Under the pieces are notes generated by a model. That model made no database searches. It was not told the origin of the DNA and saw only the letters and a program-made list of their open reading frames with translations. Made by a program: the position numbers and the translations under genes. Below are positions 45,713-47,760 of a stretch of DNA of 47,760 nucleotides, piece after piece (the stretch's first letter is position 1; the number at the start of each line of letters is the position of its first letter). Origin of the DNA: Kiritimatiellia bacterium (GTDB taxonomy: Bacteria > Verrucomicrobiota > Kiritimatiellia > SLOV01); NCBI GenBank assembly GCA_963578625.1, contig CAUZEO010000004.1:1-47760 (forward strand), in the 5' to 3' direction.

Positions 45713-47281
45713 TTATTCGTCCGACCAATGGCCGGGTCCGTCGAAAAGTCCGGCCGCCGCCGGCGGCCCCCAGGAACCTGCCGGGTACAAATTCATGGGT
45801 GTCCGGTCGTTCCCGGACCACTGCTTCAGGATCGGTTCGAGGATTCCCCATGCTGTCTCCACTTCGTCAGACCGGGTAAACAGGGTCGAATCGCCCCGCA
45901 TCGCGTCTAGAAGAAGGCGTTCATATGCGCCGGGGAGGGAACGCTCCCACGTCTCGGAGTAATCGAAATCCATTGCCACCGACTCTACTTGCAATTGGAG
46001 TGTGGGCCGCTTCGCCGCAAATTGAAGCGATATTCCCTCATTCGGCTGGATCCTGAAAACCAATACGTTTGGCTGCGTATGCGTGAGATCGCACACATCA
46101 CCGACACAGGCAACTGTCTGAAAAAGTTCCAGTGGCGGAGATTTGAATTGCACGCGAATCTCAGTCCGCCGCACTGCCATTCTCTTTCCCGTGCGCAGAT
46201 AGATCGGAACCCCGCTCCACCTCCAGTTCGCGATTGCAAGTCGCAGTCCGACGAAACTCTCCGTCATCGAATCAGTCGCGATCCGTTCTTCCTCGCGGTA
46301 GGCCGGAACCTGCTCACCGTCAACCGTACCGGTGGTGTACTGACCACGGACCACGGTTGACCCCAGTGATGCGGCATTCAAAGGAACGATGGACTGAAGC
46401 ACTTTCACTTTCTCGTTTCGAATCGCATCCGCGGTGAGATTCGCGGGGGGCTCCATTGCAACGAGGCACAGCAATTGCAGCAGGTGATTCTGCACCATGT
46501 CCCGCAGGCAACCGGTCGCATCGTAGTAGCCACCCCGACCTGTCTCCATGCCGACTGTCTCGCTCGCCGTAATCTCAATTTGATCAATGTGGTCGCTTCG
46601 AAACAACGGCTCAAAAATTGCGTTGGCAAAACGAAACGACAGAATATTCTGTACGGTTTCCTTCCCTAGGTAATGGTCGATGCGGAAGATCTGCGATTCG
46701 TCCAAGCGCTTTCTGACGACCTCATTGAGCAATCGAGCCGATTCAAGGTCCTTTCCGAACGGCTTTTCAATCACAACGCGGGACCAGGACTCGCCTCGAG
46801 GCGGCTGAATGAGCCCCGCCGCCGAAATAGATTCGATCACAGATTCGAAAAACCCGGGTGCCACGGAAAGATAAAACAGGTGATTGCGGGGAAACGTGTC
46901 GGTGTCTTGCAGTCTTGCCTGAATGGAGGCAAACGCCTGCTCATCCTTCAGATCGCCCCGGTGGTAGTAGAGATTGGCACAGAACTGATCAAGCTTCTGC
47001 TCATCCATTTCGAGACGGTGATATTCGCGCACCGAGTTGGCGATATACGCGCGAAAAGAACCGTCATCGTATTCACGGCGGGCGAACCCAATGATCGCGA
47101 ACTTCCCGGGCATAAAGCCTTCGCAATACATCGCGAACAGCGCCGGCATCAGCTTTCGATGCGTCAGATCCCCTGTCGCACCAAAAATTGTGAGGGTAAT
47201 AGGATCGGCAACGCGCGGCGGTGGCGGCGGCGAAGAAGGACGATCCACGTGGGACACGCGTATATCGGCAAAGGCACTCAT
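45713..47281 (-). CDS. zwf: glucose-6-phosphate 1-dehydrogenase
   Basis: IFGATGDL, EKPFG, RIDHYLGKE, RDMVQNH, RWSGVPIYLRTGK, AYERLL and YPAGSWGP. Confidence 0.96.
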   Translation of the reverse strand: MSAFADIRVSHVDRPSSPPPPPRVADPITLTIFGATGDLTHRKLMPALFAMYCEGFMPGKFAIIGFARREYDDGSFRAYIANSVREYHRLEMDEQKLDQFCANLYYHRGDLKDEQAFASIQARLQDTDTFPRNHLFYLSVAPGFFESVIESISAAGLIQPPRGESWSRVVIEKPFGKDLESARLLNEVVRKRLDESQIFRIDHYLGKETVQNILSFRFANAIFEPLFRSDHIDQIEITASETVGMETGRGGYYDATGCLRDMVQNHLLQLLCLVAMEPPANLTADAIRNEKVKVLQSIVPLNAASLGSTVVRGQYTTGTVDGEQVPAYREEERIATDSMTESFVGLRLAIANWRWSGVPIYLRTGKRMAVRRTEIRVQFKSPPLELFQTVACVGDVCDLTHTQPNVLVFRIQPNEGISLQFAAKRPTLQLQVESVAMDFDYSETWERSLPGAYERLLLDAMRGDSTLFTRSDEVETAWGILEPILKQWSGNDRTPMNLYPAGSWGPPAAAGLFDGPGHWSDE

Positions 47282-47449
47282 GGGTCCATGGATCCAAGCT
47301 TGGAGCAGGGCTTCAAGCGTCTAATCCGGTTCGTATCCAGTGTTCGGTCTTTAGTGTTAGGAACGAATAAGCGGCTGTCAATCAATGGATTCCGGACATG
47401 CCTGGGAGAAACCTGGGCTTCCAGTCCAAGTGGAGAAAGAGATGGTCAT

Positions 47450-47745
47450 CTAAGGAGCATGCGATACGATTCGCCACTCATGATCCATTCCTACGCCGGG
47501 TCGGATCGGAAAGCCCACCGGCCTTCGTGCGGTTTTTACCGGAATCGTGTAAGAAATCGGATTCGCTTGCCCACTGCTTCCGAAGCCGTGCGCGCGGTTT
47601 TTGTCCCATGGGGAGCGCCCTCCGCCGGGAGGGTGGACTGGGCCTGATGCGTGGATACAGAAATGGAGGCTGGATATTCTCCGCCGATTTCTCTAAGGCT
47701 CCCGCCAATTGTTGCGGGAAGGGACGCCGGCGGCACACAGGGTAG
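47450..47745 (+). pseudogene. degenerate IS91-family transposase zinc-binding-domain relic
   Basis: AFVRFLPESCKKSDSLAHCFRSRARGFCPMGSALRREGGLGLMR...WIFS resembles the IS91 pattern GFxRxxCxxC...FSCxxRGFCPSC..KR..W..W, with several Cys lost. Confidence 0.45.
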
Positions 47746-47760
47746 CGGATAACTCATGGG

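Overview
High-GC (roughly 60% by eye) bacterial chromosome segment, most likely from the PVC superphylum. Kiritimatiellota, Lentisphaerae or Verrucomicrobiota is an inference from the SHD1-domain protein, the lpxC-like gene, the HU type and the intergenic repeat style. It is mostly housekeeping. Envelope/LPS genes: kdsA, kdsB, an hldE-kinase gene, a DUF3108 gene and a strongly divergent lpxC-like gene. Other genes: a zinc-ribbon rhomboid coupled to an SHD1 protein, HU, queE-queC, a signal-peptide nickel SOD, pckA, gpmI, a polyprenyl synthase, and a small amino-acid catabolic cluster (cyclodeaminase, aminotransferase, cupin, beta-hydroxyacid dehydrogenase, SDR). It also holds a complete nqrABCDEF-apbE operon with a convergent nqrM-like gene, an orphan pilC/gspF-type gene, tRNA-Gly(CCC), a divergent malY/cystathionine gamma-synthase pair, and a zwf-nucleoside phosphorylase-thyA-folA operon. 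There is no CRISPR array, prophage, intact transposase or recognisable defence system. The unexplained signal is mostly between genes. First, there are several families of short palindromic or periodic repeats: 7-bp-period palindromes, a 12-bp-period family that includes a 272-bp nested inverted-repeat element, and GTAG/GGAG REP-like units. Second, there are many gene relics with internal deletions or frameshifts: NDH-2/CBS, a TPR protein, two histidine kinases, IS3 and IS91. Best candidates for new biology are the LpxC paralog with an altered Zn motif, the nested repeat element between apbE and nqrM, the rhomboid/SHD1 pair, a bacterial LITAF-like microprotein and the regulator-less catabolic cluster. 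None is proven from sequence alone.
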